In this document: positions 1 to 10,877 of the stretch, piece after piece
How positions within the stretch are numbered: the stretch's first letter is position 1
Layout: each line of letters begins with the position of its first letter
Assembly (NCBI GenBank): GCA_965222615.1
Contig: CBDCUI010000008.1
Location: 960,001 to 1,024,000, forward strand
DNA from: Gammaproteobacteria bacterium
Lineage (GTDB): Bacteria > Pseudomonadota > Gammaproteobacteria > UBA4575
Reading direction: 5' to 3'
DNA length: 64,000 bases
Program-made: the position numbers and the translations under genes
The notes under the pieces: generated by a model
What the model was told of the DNA's origin: nothing
Seen by the model: the letters and a program-made list of their open reading frames with translations, nothing else
The model's database searches: none

Positions 1-97
1 TAATCGCCCGCTTTTGAAGGGCAGAAGCAAAAAAGTAAATGATGGATATAACGTTACAAGTGTGTACACGTTTGTGTACACGGAAGGGAATTTAGAG

Positions 98-1732
98 ATG
101 GCCGATAGGCTACATGTCAGTGAAACCAGGCGCAGAAGGACTTTTGCAATCATTTCACATCCCGATGCTGGGAAGACCACAATTACTGAAAAGCTTTTGC
201 TTTTTGGTGGCGCGATTCAATTGGCAGGAACAGTTAAAGGGCGCAAGGCGGCACGTCATGCAACTTCCGACTGGATGGAGCTTGAAAAGCAACGCGGTAT
301 ATCAATTACAAGTTCTGTTATGCAGTTTGATTATAAAAACTGCATTGTAAATTTATTAGATACACCAGGGCATGCTGACTTTTCTGAGGATACTTATAGA
401 ACTTTAACTGCCGTCGATTCTGCATTGATGGTAATCGATAACGCCAAAGGAGTTGAAGAACGTACCATTAAATTAATGGAAGTGTGTCGGTTACGAAACA
501 CACCCATAATTACTTTTATCAATAAGCTTGATCGTGATGGACGCGAGCCCATTGAGTTATTAGATGAAGTAGAGAGTGTGTTGAAAATTAAGTGTGCACC
601 AATTACTTGGCCGATAGGTATGGGTAAACTCTTTAAAGGTGTATTCCATGTGCTAAATGATTCTGTGCATCTATATAACCCAAATCATCAAGGGAAAGTG
701 CAAAAAGGCGAAGTTGTTGAAGGTTTAAGTAATTCACGTTTAGATGAGCTGATCGGGGATCTGGCGCAAGAGCTACGCGATGAGATTGAACTTGTTAAAG
801 GAGCAAGTCATGAATTTGATCATCAGGCATATTTGAATGGAGAATTAACACCAGTATTTTTTGGCTCAGCAATCAATAATTTTGGAGTTGCAGAGTTATT
901 AGAAAAATTTGTCGAATATGCTCCGCCACCCCAACCGAGAGAAGCCAGTATTCAGAAGACGAGTATCTCCGAAACTGAAACAAGGAATGTATCGGCAGAT
1001 GAAGAAAAATTTTCCGGATTTGTATTTAAGATACAAGCTAATATGGATCCTAACCACCGAGATCGACTAGCCTTCTTGAGGATTTGCTCCGGTAGTTTTC
1101 AAAAAGGCATGAAATTACAGCATGTTCGTATCAATCGTGAGGTAAAAATAAGCGATGCCTTGACTTTCATTGCCAAGGATCGAGAACATGTCGATCGTGC
1201 CTATCCGGGTGATATTATTGGCTTGCATAATCATGGCACCATTCGCATTGGTGATGCCTTTACGCAGGGCGAAATGCTGGCTTTTGTCGGTATTCCCAAT
1301 TTTGCCCCCGAATTGTTCCGACGTGCACAATTAAAAGATCCTTTAAAGATGAAGGCCTTGTTGAAAGGTCTTATACAATTATGTGAAGAAGGAGCCACGC
1401 AACTGTTCCGACCTTTAACCAATAATGACTTGATATTAGGAGCAGTTGGAGTATTGCAGTTTGATGTAGTGCAGCATCGACTCAAGCATGAGTACAATGT
1501 TGAGTGTCGGTTTGAACCCGTCAATGTACAAACCGCTCGTTGGGTAAACTGCGATGATGATAAAGAGCTGGCTAAATTTAAGAATAAAACTGAAACCAAT
1601 CTTGCTATGGATCATGGTGATGAACTCGTTTATATCGCGCCCACACGTGTCAATCTTCAAATGGCATTGGAAAAATGGCCCAATATCCAGTTTCGCGCCA
1701 CGCGCGAACATAGTAGCTTTTCTGAACAATAG
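98..1732 (+). CDS. prfC: Peptide chain release factor 3
   Basis: [18 protein letters not shown]-loop, DTPGH, NKLD and RF3-type C-terminus. ATG at 98 preferred over the TTG at 14. Confidence 0.97.
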   Translation: MADRLHVSETRRRRTFAIISHPDAGKTTITEKLLLFGGAIQLAGTVKGRKAARHATSDWMELEKQRGISITSSVMQFDYKNCIVNLLDTPGHADFSEDTYRTLTAVDSALMVIDNAKGVEERTIKLMEVCRLRNTPIITFINKLDRDGREPIELLDEVESVLKIKCAPITWPIGMGKLFKGVFHVLNDSVHLYNPNHQGKVQKGEVVEGLSNSRLDELIGDLAQELRDEIELVKGASHEFDHQAYLNGELTPVFFGSAINNFGVAELLEKFVEYAPPPQPREASIQKTSISETETRNVSADEEKFSGFVFKIQANMDPNHRDRLAFLRICSGSFQKGMKLQHVRINREVKISDALTFIAKDREHVDRAYPGDIIGLHNHGTIRIGDAFTQGEMLAFVGIPNFAPELFRRAQLKDPLKMKALLKGLIQLCEEGATQLFRPLTNNDLILGAVGVLQFDVVQHRLKHEYNVECRFEPVNVQTARWVNCDDDKELAKFKNKTETNLAMDHGDELVYIAPTRVNLQMALEKWPNIQFRATREHSSFSEQ

Positions 1733-1753
1733 GGTTTTAATAGGCTGAGTGTT

Positions 1754-2488
1754 TTGACCAACTTTGCAAAAGATCGCCTCTATGCAAGCAAGCAAGACAA
1801 AATAGAGGATTTTGTTTTTGATGAGAAAGTGGCAGATGTTTTTGCTGATATGGTGCAACGTTCAGTACCTGGTTACAAGGCATTGAATGAACTATTGCCG
1901 ACAATTGCAAGTACATTTATTCAATCTGGTACCAATGTATATGATTTAGGTTGTTCTTTGGGTGAAGCTTCATTGCGAATTGCTGAATCAATTTCTTGTG
2001 ATGACATTACCATCTTTGCATTGGACAACTCCAAAGCTATGATTGATCGCCTTAAGGAAAGACTCACTACATTAAATTTTAAGACCGTCATCCAGCCACA
2101 ATTTGCAGATATAGTGGAAGTTAATATTGAAAATGCATCTTTTGTTATTCTTAACTATACCTTACAGTTCATAGATCCATCGGTGCGCGATTATTTAATA
2201 ATAAAAATCTACTCTGGTCTAAATAAACATGGTGCATTATTACTGTCTGAAAAAATAGCGTATGAAGATCCTGGAGAAGATGCATTAATGCAAAAACTTT
2301 ATGAGAATTACAAGCGTAATAATCACTATAGTGATTTAGAAATTAGCCAAAAAAGAGAAGCATTGGAAAACGTATTAGTGCGGGATACCCATGAACGGCA
2401 TATTGAGCGTTTACACAAAGCTGGGTTCTCTAATGTAACTGTACTAGCTAAGTATCTTAATTTTACTACTTACTTGGCAATTAAATGA
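1754..2488 (+). CDS. cmoA: Carboxy-S-adenosyl-L-methionine synthase
   Basis: FVFDEKVADVFADMVQRSVPGY, YDLGCSLG and SQKREALENVL motifs; adjacent to cmoB. Confidence 0.95.
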   Translation: MTNFAKDRLYASKQDKIEDFVFDEKVADVFADMVQRSVPGYKALNELLPTIASTFIQSGTNVYDLGCSLGEASLRIAESISCDDITIFALDNSKAMIDRLKERLTTLNFKTVIQPQFADIVEVNIENASFVILNYTLQFIDPSVRDYLIIKIYSGLNKHGALLLSEKIAYEDPGEDALMQKLYENYKRNNHYSDLEISQKREALENVLVRDTHERHIERLHKAGFSNVTVLAKYLNFTTYLAIK

Positions 2489-3468
2489 TTCCAGCAGATC
2501 GAGAAATTCTCCTTAAAAGGCTTAACAAAACAGAGTTAGAAAAATTTAGTACCGAGTTGATTGAACGGCTTGATCAAAAATATGCCAATCCTGAGCATGG
2601 AAATTTTAGTGATTGGCAGAAAATTATTGAATCTCTACCCGCAATCCCGCCATCAGTAATTGATTTTAACCAAGCTGCGCCATTAATCGGTTCAACGCAT
2701 GATTGTTTACCAAAAATACGTGAATCACTTAAAGAAAAACTCAAAACTTTTAATCCTTGGCGTAAAGGTCCATTTAATGTATTTGGTATTTATATTGACT
2801 CTGAATGGCGAAGTGATTGGAAATGGTCACGTATCGCACATCACATTGAACTCAAAGATAAACTTGTCTTAGATATTGGTTGTAGTAATGGCTATTATGC
2901 ACTACGTATGCAGTCCCTGGGGGCTAAATTAATAATAGGTATAGATCCAACCTGGTTATATGTATTTCAATTCTTGGCTTTACAAAAGTATTTAGCAAAC
3001 ATTCAACAGGCTTTTGTTTTACCTTTTAAACTGGAAGATTTGCCAGCAACGCTGACTGGTTTTGACACCGTTTTCTCTATGGGGGTGTTATATCACCGTC
3101 AAGAACCTCAAGAACATTTAAATCAAGCATATGACTTGTTAAAAGAGGGCGGTCAATTGATACTAGAAACATCAATTATTGAAGACAAAGATGCCGACGT
3201 ACTTATTCCTAATGGACGCTATGCCAATATGCGCAATGTATGGATGATTCCGAGCTATGACCTATTAGAGGATTGGTTGAATAAGTCTGGTTTTATGAAT
3301 GTTCAACTCATCGATGTAAGTAAAACTACTAAGCAAGAACAACGTCAGACAGAATGGATGACTGGGTACTCACTCGCCGAGGCCTTAGATCCACATGATT
3401 CAAGTTTAACGGTAGAAGGATATCCTGCACCTTCACGCGCGATGCTAATTACTAGCAAAGTTGCTTAG
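2485..3468 (+). CDS. cmoB: tRNA U34 carboxymethyltransferase
   Basis: PWRKGPF, IDSEWRSDWKW, VLDIGC and FSMGVLYH motifs. Confidence 0.95.
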   Translation: MIPADREILLKRLNKTELEKFSTELIERLDQKYANPEHGNFSDWQKIIESLPAIPPSVIDFNQAAPLIGSTHDCLPKIRESLKEKLKTFNPWRKGPFNVFGIYIDSEWRSDWKWSRIAHHIELKDKLVLDIGCSNGYYALRMQSLGAKLIIGIDPTWLYVFQFLALQKYLANIQQAFVLPFKLEDLPATLTGFDTVFSMGVLYHRQEPQEHLNQAYDLLKEGGQLILETSIIEDKDADVLIPNGRYANMRNVWMIPSYDLLEDWLNKSGFMNVQLIDVSKTTKQEQRQTEWMTGYSLAEALDPHDSSLTVEGYPAPSRAMLITSKVA

Positions 3469-3890
3469 TCAGCTCTATGGCGAAGCAAGAGTTCTGAGTA
3501 GGTGAAAATATTTTAAAGTGTAATAACTTTATTTACCTAAAAAAATTTTACCAAGCGAATATTTTGCACGTTCATCCAAAAATATAGTCCGTTTATTTAG
3601 AGATTGACGCTTAATTATTGAAAATTACATTGATTCATTGTTCATCGAATCCATGTTCAAAGAGCACATTGAATACGTGTGATGAAAGAATTGGCATATG
3701 CAGGGATTCACACGTAAAGATCATATAAATTCAACGAGTTACCTTTTATAAAGCTGTTTAAGTCATTCTATCTAGCAGCAGCATATAGATCCCTAAATTA
3801 ATAGTTAATGTGTCGATTCTGTGCCGATACATTAAATATTCTAAGTAGCGAATGAATAATTCTAGATCATTGATTGATATGGGAGATGAG

Positions 3891-4421
3891 CAATGAGAAC
3901 AGCAAAGAGCAAGCGAGCACAGGGATTCACCTTGGTGGAGCTATTAATCGTAGTGATTATATTGGCGATATTGGCGGCAATCATCGTGCCGCAATTTTCT
4001 GCTAGTACCAACGATGCCAAAGCGGCAGCATTACAGTCCAATCTTGCCAACATGCGTTCGGCAATCGAATTCTATTTTCAAGAACACGGCGAATATCCGG
4101 GAGCCAATATTGCCACCGGAGCGACCTGTGTAAATGGAGCAGCGGTAACATCAGGAGCCGCCAATAGTGAAGCGGCCTTATTAGCGCAACTTACGCGTTA
4201 TACGAATGCGGATGGATTAGCGTGTACCGGAAAAGATGCGACGACATTTAAGTATGGGCCGTATTTAAAGAGCGCGATCCCGGATAATCCGGAAGGAACG
4301 AGCAATACTATCACGGTAGTGAATGCTGGGGTATTGGGGTTGACCTCAGGAACGACAGGTGGTTGGCGCTATGACACCGTGACTGGTGAATTCATTGCGG
4401 ATCATTAATCGATAATTCCCT
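3891..4421 (+). repeat. Direct repeat (531 bp) of the pilin gene, copy 1; partner at 16714-17244
   Basis: Base-by-base comparison found one difference, T4309 vs C17132 (synonymous Thr). Confidence 0.95.
3893..4408 (+). CDS. Major pilin / GspG-like pseudopilin, copy 1
   Basis: Class III signal G|FTLVELLIVVIILAILAAIIVPQF; GPYL...P.NP motif of GspG-like proteins; two Cys. Confidence 0.9.
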   Translation: MRTAKSKRAQGFTLVELLIVVIILAILAAIIVPQFSASTNDAKAAALQSNLANMRSAIEFYFQEHGEYPGANIATGATCVNGAAVTSGAANSEAALLAQLTRYTNADGLACTGKDATTFKYGPYLKSAIPDNPEGTSNTITVVNAGVLGLTSGTTGGWRYDTVTGEFIADH

Positions 4422-4445
4422 TGTGTGTGGGGCAGGGGGAATTAT
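4412..4445 (+). terminator. Stem-loop after pilin copy 1 (attenuator or mRNA stabiliser)
   Basis: ATAATTCCC...GGGAATTAT inverted repeat directly after the stop codon. Confidence 0.55.
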
Positions 4446-4471
4446 GTTAAGGACAACAAAAAGTTTTAAAC

Positions 4472-5605
4472 ATGATTTCATTGAAGCCGATAACGCGTCG
4501 TATTCAAACGGCGGCGTCCTACGTTGAAGACGGATTTATTGGAGTCGATTTTGCGATTGAAAATATAAATCTTGTTCAACTAGGAAAAAATTTTAATGGA
4601 GAAATTGTATTAAAGTCATGCTGTTCCGTCAGATATGATAATACGCGTGAAGAATTATTATCTTCACCGAAAAATCTTCGTCCAATTTTACGTCAAGCTG
4701 TCAAAGAACATGGATTTAAAGGTAAAAAGATTGTTACTTCCATGCCGTCAAGTGACGTTCGAATTATTTCAATCAATTACTCAAAATCTAAAGGCGGTGA
4801 CGATAGCCAAGCAATTCTACAAGCATTAAAAGATCGCGTCGATGAAGACCTTTCACAATATGTGATTGATTATTTGCCAGTGCGTGCAACTGAGAAAGAT
4901 AATGAACAGTTAGCACTTGTTGCAATAGTTAAGCGTGACTTGGTTATTTCATACTTGGAATTATTCCGTTATTCAGGTTTTCAGGTAGAAGCCCTAGAAA
5001 TCAGACCAGCAGCAATTAAGCGCTTAGTATATTCAACACATGTAAAGGAAGATTATGGAAATGTTTTAGTTATAAACTTTGGTGGTGATAAAAGTTTTAT
5101 CACTATCACATCAGGTCGTAGATTATTGTTTGATCAACAATTAAATTTTGGGGCTAATGTGTTAGTTGAAAAAATGGCTAAGGTATTAGAAATGTCTAAG
5201 GAGGCTACTCTTGATCTCATACAAAAGCATGGTTTTGATGTTGACGATGAAGCTCGATCTTCTCAGCTTGCCTACGGAGATGAAGATATAGCTAAAACGT
5301 TACTCGATATTGCAAGGCCAGTGCTTTCTGAACTAATTGAAGAAATTAATAGAATTTTAATATTTGCAGCATCAGAAAATCATGGCGAATCTATAACAAA
5401 AATATATCTGCTAGGCAGTCTTTCGCATTGGAAAGGTGTTGATAAATATTTAGATAAAAAATTAAAAATTTCAGTACAAGCATTAAGCAATCCTCTAGAA
5501 CCTTTTTATACGTCAAGTACTGATAACAACTTTGGAAATAAGCATTCACCTGATTTGGCGATTGCAACAGGTCTCGCATTAAGGGAATTAATCAAAAATG
5601 AGTGA
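4472..5605 (+). CDS. PilM-like actin-fold assembly protein
   Basis: IGVDF, VINFGG, IYLLG and C-terminal AIATGLALR; first gene of an MNO-type series. Confidence 0.85.
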   Translation: MISLKPITRRIQTAASYVEDGFIGVDFAIENINLVQLGKNFNGEIVLKSCCSVRYDNTREELLSSPKNLRPILRQAVKEHGFKGKKIVTSMPSSDVRIISINYSKSKGGDDSQAILQALKDRVDEDLSQYVIDYLPVRATEKDNEQLALVAIVKRDLVISYLELFRYSGFQVEALEIRPAAIKRLVYSTHVKEDYGNVLVINFGGDKSFITITSGRRLLFDQQLNFGANVLVEKMAKVLEMSKEATLDLIQKHGFDVDDEARSSQLAYGDEDIAKTLLDIARPVLSELIEEINRILIFAASENHGESITKIYLLGSLSHWKGVDKYLDKKLKISVQALSNPLEPFYTSSTDNNFGNKHSPDLAIATGLALRELIKNE

Positions 5606-6242
5606 AATTGATTTAATTCCAAAAAACTATCGTGAACATATATGGAAGATTAACACGCTTAAGTTATTCGGAGTGATAGTTTTGTGTTTAATTATTACTG
5701 CTGGTGTTGCATATGCGGCGCTAGAGTATGTTAAACAAGAAACTATTTCAGAGATTAATAAATTATCAGAAATTAAAGAAATTACTTCTCAACAACGTGA
5801 AATGCTACAGAAATTGCGCAGTGAAAAGAAAGAATTAGATTATCAATGGAGCTTGTTAAATGGTTTAAGAAGTGCGTTTGCGGCTGAAGATTTATTTGTT
5901 GCGATTGATGATGCAATACAAAATGTTGACGTTTGGTTTTCAAGTATAAAGTTTGAACGCTCAGAAATAGCGCTAGAAAATGAGAATACAGTTAATACTG
6001 GCTATTTCATAATTGTTACACCAGATGAAGAAAAGAAATCGTTAGCTATAGGTACAAAAATGCTTATTACTGGAGAAGCATTAAATCATTCAACCTTATC
6101 ATCATTTGTAAAAAGCTTAATAGATCAACCAGAAATTTTAGATGCAAAGGTGCTCGAAACCTCATTGAATAGAAATAAAAGATCTAAGTATGTGAAGTTT
6201 CATTTAGCTATTACGGTTAACTTGGAAAATAAAATGAGTTAA
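5598..6242 (+). CDS. PilN-like bitopic membrane protein
   Basis: N-terminal IDLIP (INLLP-like PilM-binding motif), one TM helix, coiled coil. Confidence 0.8.
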   Translation: MSEIDLIPKNYREHIWKINTLKLFGVIVLCLIITAGVAYAALEYVKQETISEINKLSEIKEITSQQREMLQKLRSEKKELDYQWSLLNGLRSAFAAEDLFVAIDDAIQNVDVWFSSIKFERSEIALENENTVNTGYFIIVTPDEEKKSLAIGTKMLITGEALNHSTLSSFVKSLIDQPEILDAKVLETSLNRNKRSKYVKFHLAITVNLENKMS

Positions 6243-6244
6243 TC

Positions 6245-6796
6245 ATGCACGCACTTGACCAAATTAATCAGAAGACATTTTTATTATTGCTTGTTGGTGC
6301 AGTTTTACTATTAGTTGCGACTTCTTCAGTTTATGGAATATGGCCGCAAATAAAAGATATGAAATCTGAATTTACAACACGAAATCAACTTAAAGAATTA
6401 ATCACAAGTAAAGAAAAGTTAGATGAGCAATATACGAAGATGCAAGAAGAAGTAAAAAAAATGAAACGAAACTTAAGAGGTGATATGGCAAATTTACCTG
6501 AAAAAAAAATGGAAGCTTACATTATAGGTGAATTGCAAAATATATCTTGGGAACACGGAATTAATTTGATAGGAGTGAAGCCCGTTAAGGGTAAGGAGAT
6601 TCAGATTTTTCAAGAGATTCTTTTTAAAGTCCAATTGTCTGGAGAATATTTCGATTTATATGATTGGCTTTTTGATTTACGTCAGCAGTTAGGGTTCATC
6701 GTAATTAAAAGCTTAGAGCTAAATCCTATAGCTCAAGACAGTGACAACTCATTGTTGCTAATGAAATTAACGATTGCTTCATATAAGAGTTTATAA
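6245..6796 (+). CDS. PilO/GspM-like protein
   Basis: N-terminal TM helix, coiled coil, LSGEYFDLYDWL motif; position after the PilN-like gene. Confidence 0.8.
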   Translation: MHALDQINQKTFLLLLVGAVLLLVATSSVYGIWPQIKDMKSEFTTRNQLKELITSKEKLDEQYTKMQEEVKKMKRNLRGDMANLPEKKMEAYIIGELQNISWEHGINLIGVKPVKGKEIQIFQEILFKVQLSGEYFDLYDWLFDLRQQLGFIVIKSLELNPIAQDSDNSLLLMKLTIASYKSL

Positions 6797-6798
6797 AA

Positions 6799-7170
6799 AT
6801 GATATCGAATTGCTTTAAGTTACTTTTGTTAGTAGTGCTAGGCCTGTTGTTTTCAGGGCAGGGTTTTACGGACTCAAACAGGAATAAGCTTACAAAAAAT
6901 CCCTTTATTAAGCCTAGCTTAGTTGATGTCGAAGCTGATAGAACAAGAACTAATTCTAAACAAACACATACATTGTCGAATATCAATTTGCGGGCAACTT
7001 TATCTTCCGATGATGGTTCCTTAGCGAATGTTGACGGGATAATGGTATTTGTTGGTGAAAAAGTAAAGGGGTATGAATTGATTGACGTTAGTGAAGGTTC
7101 TGCCACATTTATTAAAAATGGTAAGAAAATAACTCTCAATGTGAGTGAAATGCACAAAAAATTAAAATGA
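6799..7170 (+). CDS. PilP/MshK-like small exported protein
   Basis: Signal peptide, NPF motif, beta-rich C-terminus; lies between PilO-like gene and secretin. Confidence 0.6.
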   Translation: MISNCFKLLLLVVLGLLFSGQGFTDSNRNKLTKNPFIKPSLVDVEADRTRTNSKQTHTLSNINLRATLSSDDGSLANVDGIMVFVGEKVKGYELIDVSEGSATFIKNGKKITLNVSEMHKKLK

Positions 7171-8618
7171 AATTAATCGATTTTAATAAAACAAAAAGCT
7201 TGCCATTTAGTGTAATGGCTATTTTAGTTTTAGTATTATTTTGTGCAAATATGCATGCAAAAGACTCAAAAAAAATCTCGCTGACTTTTCATGATGTTGA
7301 GATATCAGAAGCAATGGAAATGCTTTCGATAAAAGAGCGTGTAAATATTATTTTAGCTAAAGATGTAGAAGGAACGATATCGGTAAACTTATACAATGTA
7401 ACGTTACGACAAGCAATTTTATCCATTGCCGATGCTGCAGGGTATGCAGTTGAATATAGAAATGGTAGTTATTTTGTGCTTAAGCGCGAAGAAAGTGGCA
7501 AATATGCACAAAGTGGATTAACTGAAATACGTGCATTAAAAGTCGAATATTCTGATGTAAATGTTGTGGAACAAATTCTTGAAACATATTTGTCTGAATA
7601 TGGAAAAATTACAAATCTTGCCGAACGTAAATTGCTTGTGGTAGAAGATTTACCTTCATTTATCGGTCGTATAGAAACCATCTTAGAAGAAATTGATCAA
7701 GAACCTAAACAAATTTTCATTGAAGCAAAAATATTAGAAGTTACATTACGGGATTCAGAATCATTTGGTTTAGATTGGTCAAAATTATTTACTTCGGATG
7801 GCGGAACTGGTGCAGTCGGTACAAGAGGGCTATCGAATCCGCTATCTCCTGGCTTATTTTTTGATTTGGTAACTCCTAATGTAGAAGTTGCGTTGGATAC
7901 CCTATTTACTCGAGGTCGCTTACGCACTTTATCAACGCCTAAGTTACTTGCACTAGAGAACCAAGAAGCAGAAGTAGTAATTGGTGATCGCTTGGGTTTT
8001 CGAGTAACCACAACAATAAATCAAATTACCAGCGAGACTATTGAGTTTTTAGAATCGGGTGTAATTTTACGTGTTCTACCGTCAGTTGATGGTCAGGGAC
8101 GTATTATGCTGACAATTCATCCTGAAGTAAGTACAGGTCGAGTTGAAGATGGAATACCAAATCAAGTTACCACAGAAGTTACAACACAAATGTTGGTTGA
8201 AAATGGACAGACTGTATTTATTGGTGGTTTGATTCGACGCAGTCTAGATCAAAACAGAGAAGGTGTTCCGGTATTAGGTGATATTCCTTTAGTGGGTCGG
8301 GTTTTTTCTAATAAATCAGATAGTAGCTTGAACACAGAAACAGTGGTGATGATAACCCCCCATATTGTAAACGATCACAATAATACATTTAATGCCGCAG
8401 AAAAAGCTCGTGCTATCCGTATTCAAAATGAACTTGAGAATAGAGCTTCAGAGGTAGATTCAAAAATAGATACACACACAAAAAATAAATCGACTGCTAA
8501 TGAACAAAATAAGGCAAGTGCTGATGAGATAAATCCTAGTCAACTCTCAAAAAGCCCATCATTTTCATCAAACTGCATTAATAAACATCCTGCAAACCTT
8601 AATAGCTACGGTTGTTGA
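7167..8618 (+). CDS. Secretin (PilQ/GspD/MshL family)
   Basis: QIFIEAKILEV, LSTPKL, IGGLI and VPVLGDIPLVGRVF secretin signatures. Confidence 0.95.
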   Translation: MKLIDFNKTKSLPFSVMAILVLVLFCANMHAKDSKKISLTFHDVEISEAMEMLSIKERVNIILAKDVEGTISVNLYNVTLRQAILSIADAAGYAVEYRNGSYFVLKREESGKYAQSGLTEIRALKVEYSDVNVVEQILETYLSEYGKITNLAERKLLVVEDLPSFIGRIETILEEIDQEPKQIFIEAKILEVTLRDSESFGLDWSKLFTSDGGTGAVGTRGLSNPLSPGLFFDLVTPNVEVALDTLFTRGRLRTLSTPKLLALENQEAEVVIGDRLGFRVTTTINQITSETIEFLESGVILRVLPSVDGQGRIMLTIHPEVSTGRVEDGIPNQVTTEVTTQMLVENGQTVFIGGLIRRSLDQNREGVPVLGDIPLVGRVFSNKSDSSLNTETVVMITPHIVNDHNNTFNAAEKARAIRIQNELENRASEVDSKIDTHTKNKSTANEQNKASADEINPSQLSKSPSFSSNCINKHPANLNSYGC

Positions 8619-8624
8619 TCAAAG

Positions 8625-10494
8625 TTGAAAATGTCAAAAAGTAATTTAAATAATATGTCTACTTGGGTGAGCCAGCGTTTTGGGCTGATGGTGATAATGG
8701 CATCATTACTCGCTGCAATTTCTATTATCTATTTGCTATTTAATCATTTACATGCATCACGAATTGCACAAATACGTACACAAGGTATTGAACTAGTTCG
8801 TATAATATCTGAAATTCCATATCGCCAACTTGTGCCTAATGAGGGACGTCGAGGAACCTTAGAACTTATAAAATATAACAAGAACGATCCAAATTTTGCA
8901 TATGGTGCGATTGTCGATAAAAAAGGTGCGCTTATAACCAGCGCAGCAATCACTGGGATTATTATTCCGAAACTGAACCCTCCTGCAGATCCTAGTAATT
9001 GGTTAGCCGAAAAAAATCTTCTATTAGAAGATCAAGGTAAACGTATCATTGAATTTCATGCCCCACTTATAGAAAAGGGTGAGCTACTTGGTTATGTAAG
9101 ATTAGGTTTCTATGAGCCTAAGTACGGTTTATCTTTAGTGCAGATACCATTTTTGGCAATCAGTATCATTGCCAATATTTTTAATTGCTGGCTTGTTCTT
9201 ATATTTAATTAAGAAAGAAATTCGACCTTTAAAGATTGCTGGAAATCAATTAAATGATTTAGTAAATCGAGGTAATTTTGAGCAGGTAGAATTGCAAGCA
9301 AGTGGAGAGTTATCTGATTTTATTAACAAATTTAATAATTTCGTGCAACTTGCACAATCCCGAATATCTGAATTGGAATCGAACAAGGATGATTTGGTAG
9401 CGTCCTCAAAGCTTCTCACATACAAACAATCCAAGATCGAAAGTGTATTGCAAGCGCTACCGGAAGCTGTTTTAGTGTTTGATGAGTCTGGAGGCGTAAG
9501 TTTTGCAAATTCTAAAGTTTCAAGTTTATTAAGTGTATCAGTTGAAGCAATTTTGAATAATGATGTTGCAAGTTGGTCTACTGACCAAAATGTATTGAAA
9601 TACATTAAAAAAATAAAAAACAACCCGGTTTCTAGTTATCCTGCTGAAAGACTTGAATTTACTCCAGAACATTCGCCAAACAAGCGAATTGCTTTAAAAG
9701 CATATCCATTGTTTTCGCCTAAAGAAACTAAGCATGTATATGGCACATTGGTGTTGTTCCAAGATGTTACTCAAGAAAATCTTGCTAAACATGCTCGTGG
9801 TGAATTTGTAGCTCACGTTGCGCATGAGCTAAAAGCACCATTAAATGTGCTTGCAATGTATAGCGAGTCATTGCAACGAAAAGAAGGTCAATCCGCAGAG
9901 TTTCGTACTGAAGCTGTAAATGTAATTCATGATGAAGTTGAGCGTATTTCAATGCTTATTAATAATCTTTTAAGTATTACAAAAATTGAAGTGGGCAGCC
10001 TAAGTCTTGAAAGACAACACGTAAAGTTACGTGATTTATTAGAAGATATATTTGAAAACATGCAAAGAAGTGGTCGTACTAAACAACTGAATTTTACTTT
10101 CGATGTCCCCAAAGAAATGTCACCATTGTACATTGATAAGAGTTTGCTGCGTGTAGCGGTTAACAATCTATTAACTAATGCAGTTAAATATAGCGAGCCC
10201 AACGGCACCGTTACACTGTCAGCGGGAGAAATAGATAATTCAGTCTATATTAAGGTAAGAGATTTTGGAATTGGTATTGCAGAAGATGAGCAAGATCATA
10301 TTTTCGATAAATTTTATCGTTCCGATAATGAACAGGTTAGAGAACGTACAGGGCATGGTCTAGGTCTTTCGCTTGCAAAGGATATTGTGCAACTGCATCA
10401 CGGTAGTTTGCATGTACAAAGCCAATTAGGAGAGGGCTCCGAGTTTACCATTATGTTGGAAAACAATTCTTCGATGTTAGAGAGAGCGGTTTGA
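8625..10494 (+). pseudogene. Membrane PAS histidine kinase split by a +1 frameshift near 9150-9168 (ORFs 8625-9212 and 9169-10494)
   Basis: ORF1 has TM1 plus a periplasmic domain. ORF2 begins mid-TM2 and has PAS, H-box AHELKAPL, NAVKYS, DFGIGI and GHGLGL. Removing one base joins them as FLASVSLPIFLIAGLF. Confidence 0.75.
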
Positions 10495-10877
10495 CTATGC
10501 AAAATATATTAATCGTTGAAGACGAGCCCCATGTAGTTCGAGTAATGAAACTAGCGTTAGAAGAGAATGGTTATATTGTAAATGTTGCGCATAACGGCGA
10601 ACAAGCGCTTGATAAGCTTGATCAAGGCCTGCCTGATTTGCTAATCACGGACATTGATATGCCTCGTATGAATGGCAGAGATCTATGCAAAAAAATTGAA
10701 GAGGAAATGCCTGATAGAAAGTTTCCTATACTTGTGCTTACTGCTAAAACTGAGCTTGAGCATCGTGAATGGACTAGAGATATGGTAAATGCGATGTTCC
10801 TAGAAAAGCCTGTAAGTATAAGAAAACTGCTTAAGATGCTTGATGAGTATAAGAGTGGATCAGGATTGGCGGCATGA
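10491..10877 (+). CDS. Single-domain (CheY-like) response regulator
   Basis: ILIVEDE, LLITDIDMP phosphoacceptor Asp and EKP motifs; no output domain. Confidence 0.92.
   Translation: MTMQNILIVEDEPHVVRVMKLALEENGYIVNVAHNGEQALDKLDQGLPDLLITDIDMPRMNGRDLCKKIEEEMPDRKFPILVLTAKTELEHREWTRDMVNAMFLEKPVSIRKLLKMLDEYKSGSGLAA

Noticed and set aside
61-82. TGTGTACACG direct repeat upstream of prfC
   Set aside because: Only two short copies at the window edge; no assignable function.
1754-3468. Functional link between cmoAB and tRNA-Arg(UCG)
   Set aside because: Known cmo5U substrates are Ala, Leu, Pro, Ser, Thr and Val tRNAs; the genes are over 40 kb apart and nothing in the sequence links them.
3691-3707. 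Sigma54 promoter before pilin copy 1
   Set aside because: TTGGCATAT is present but the -12 position reads GA rather than GC.
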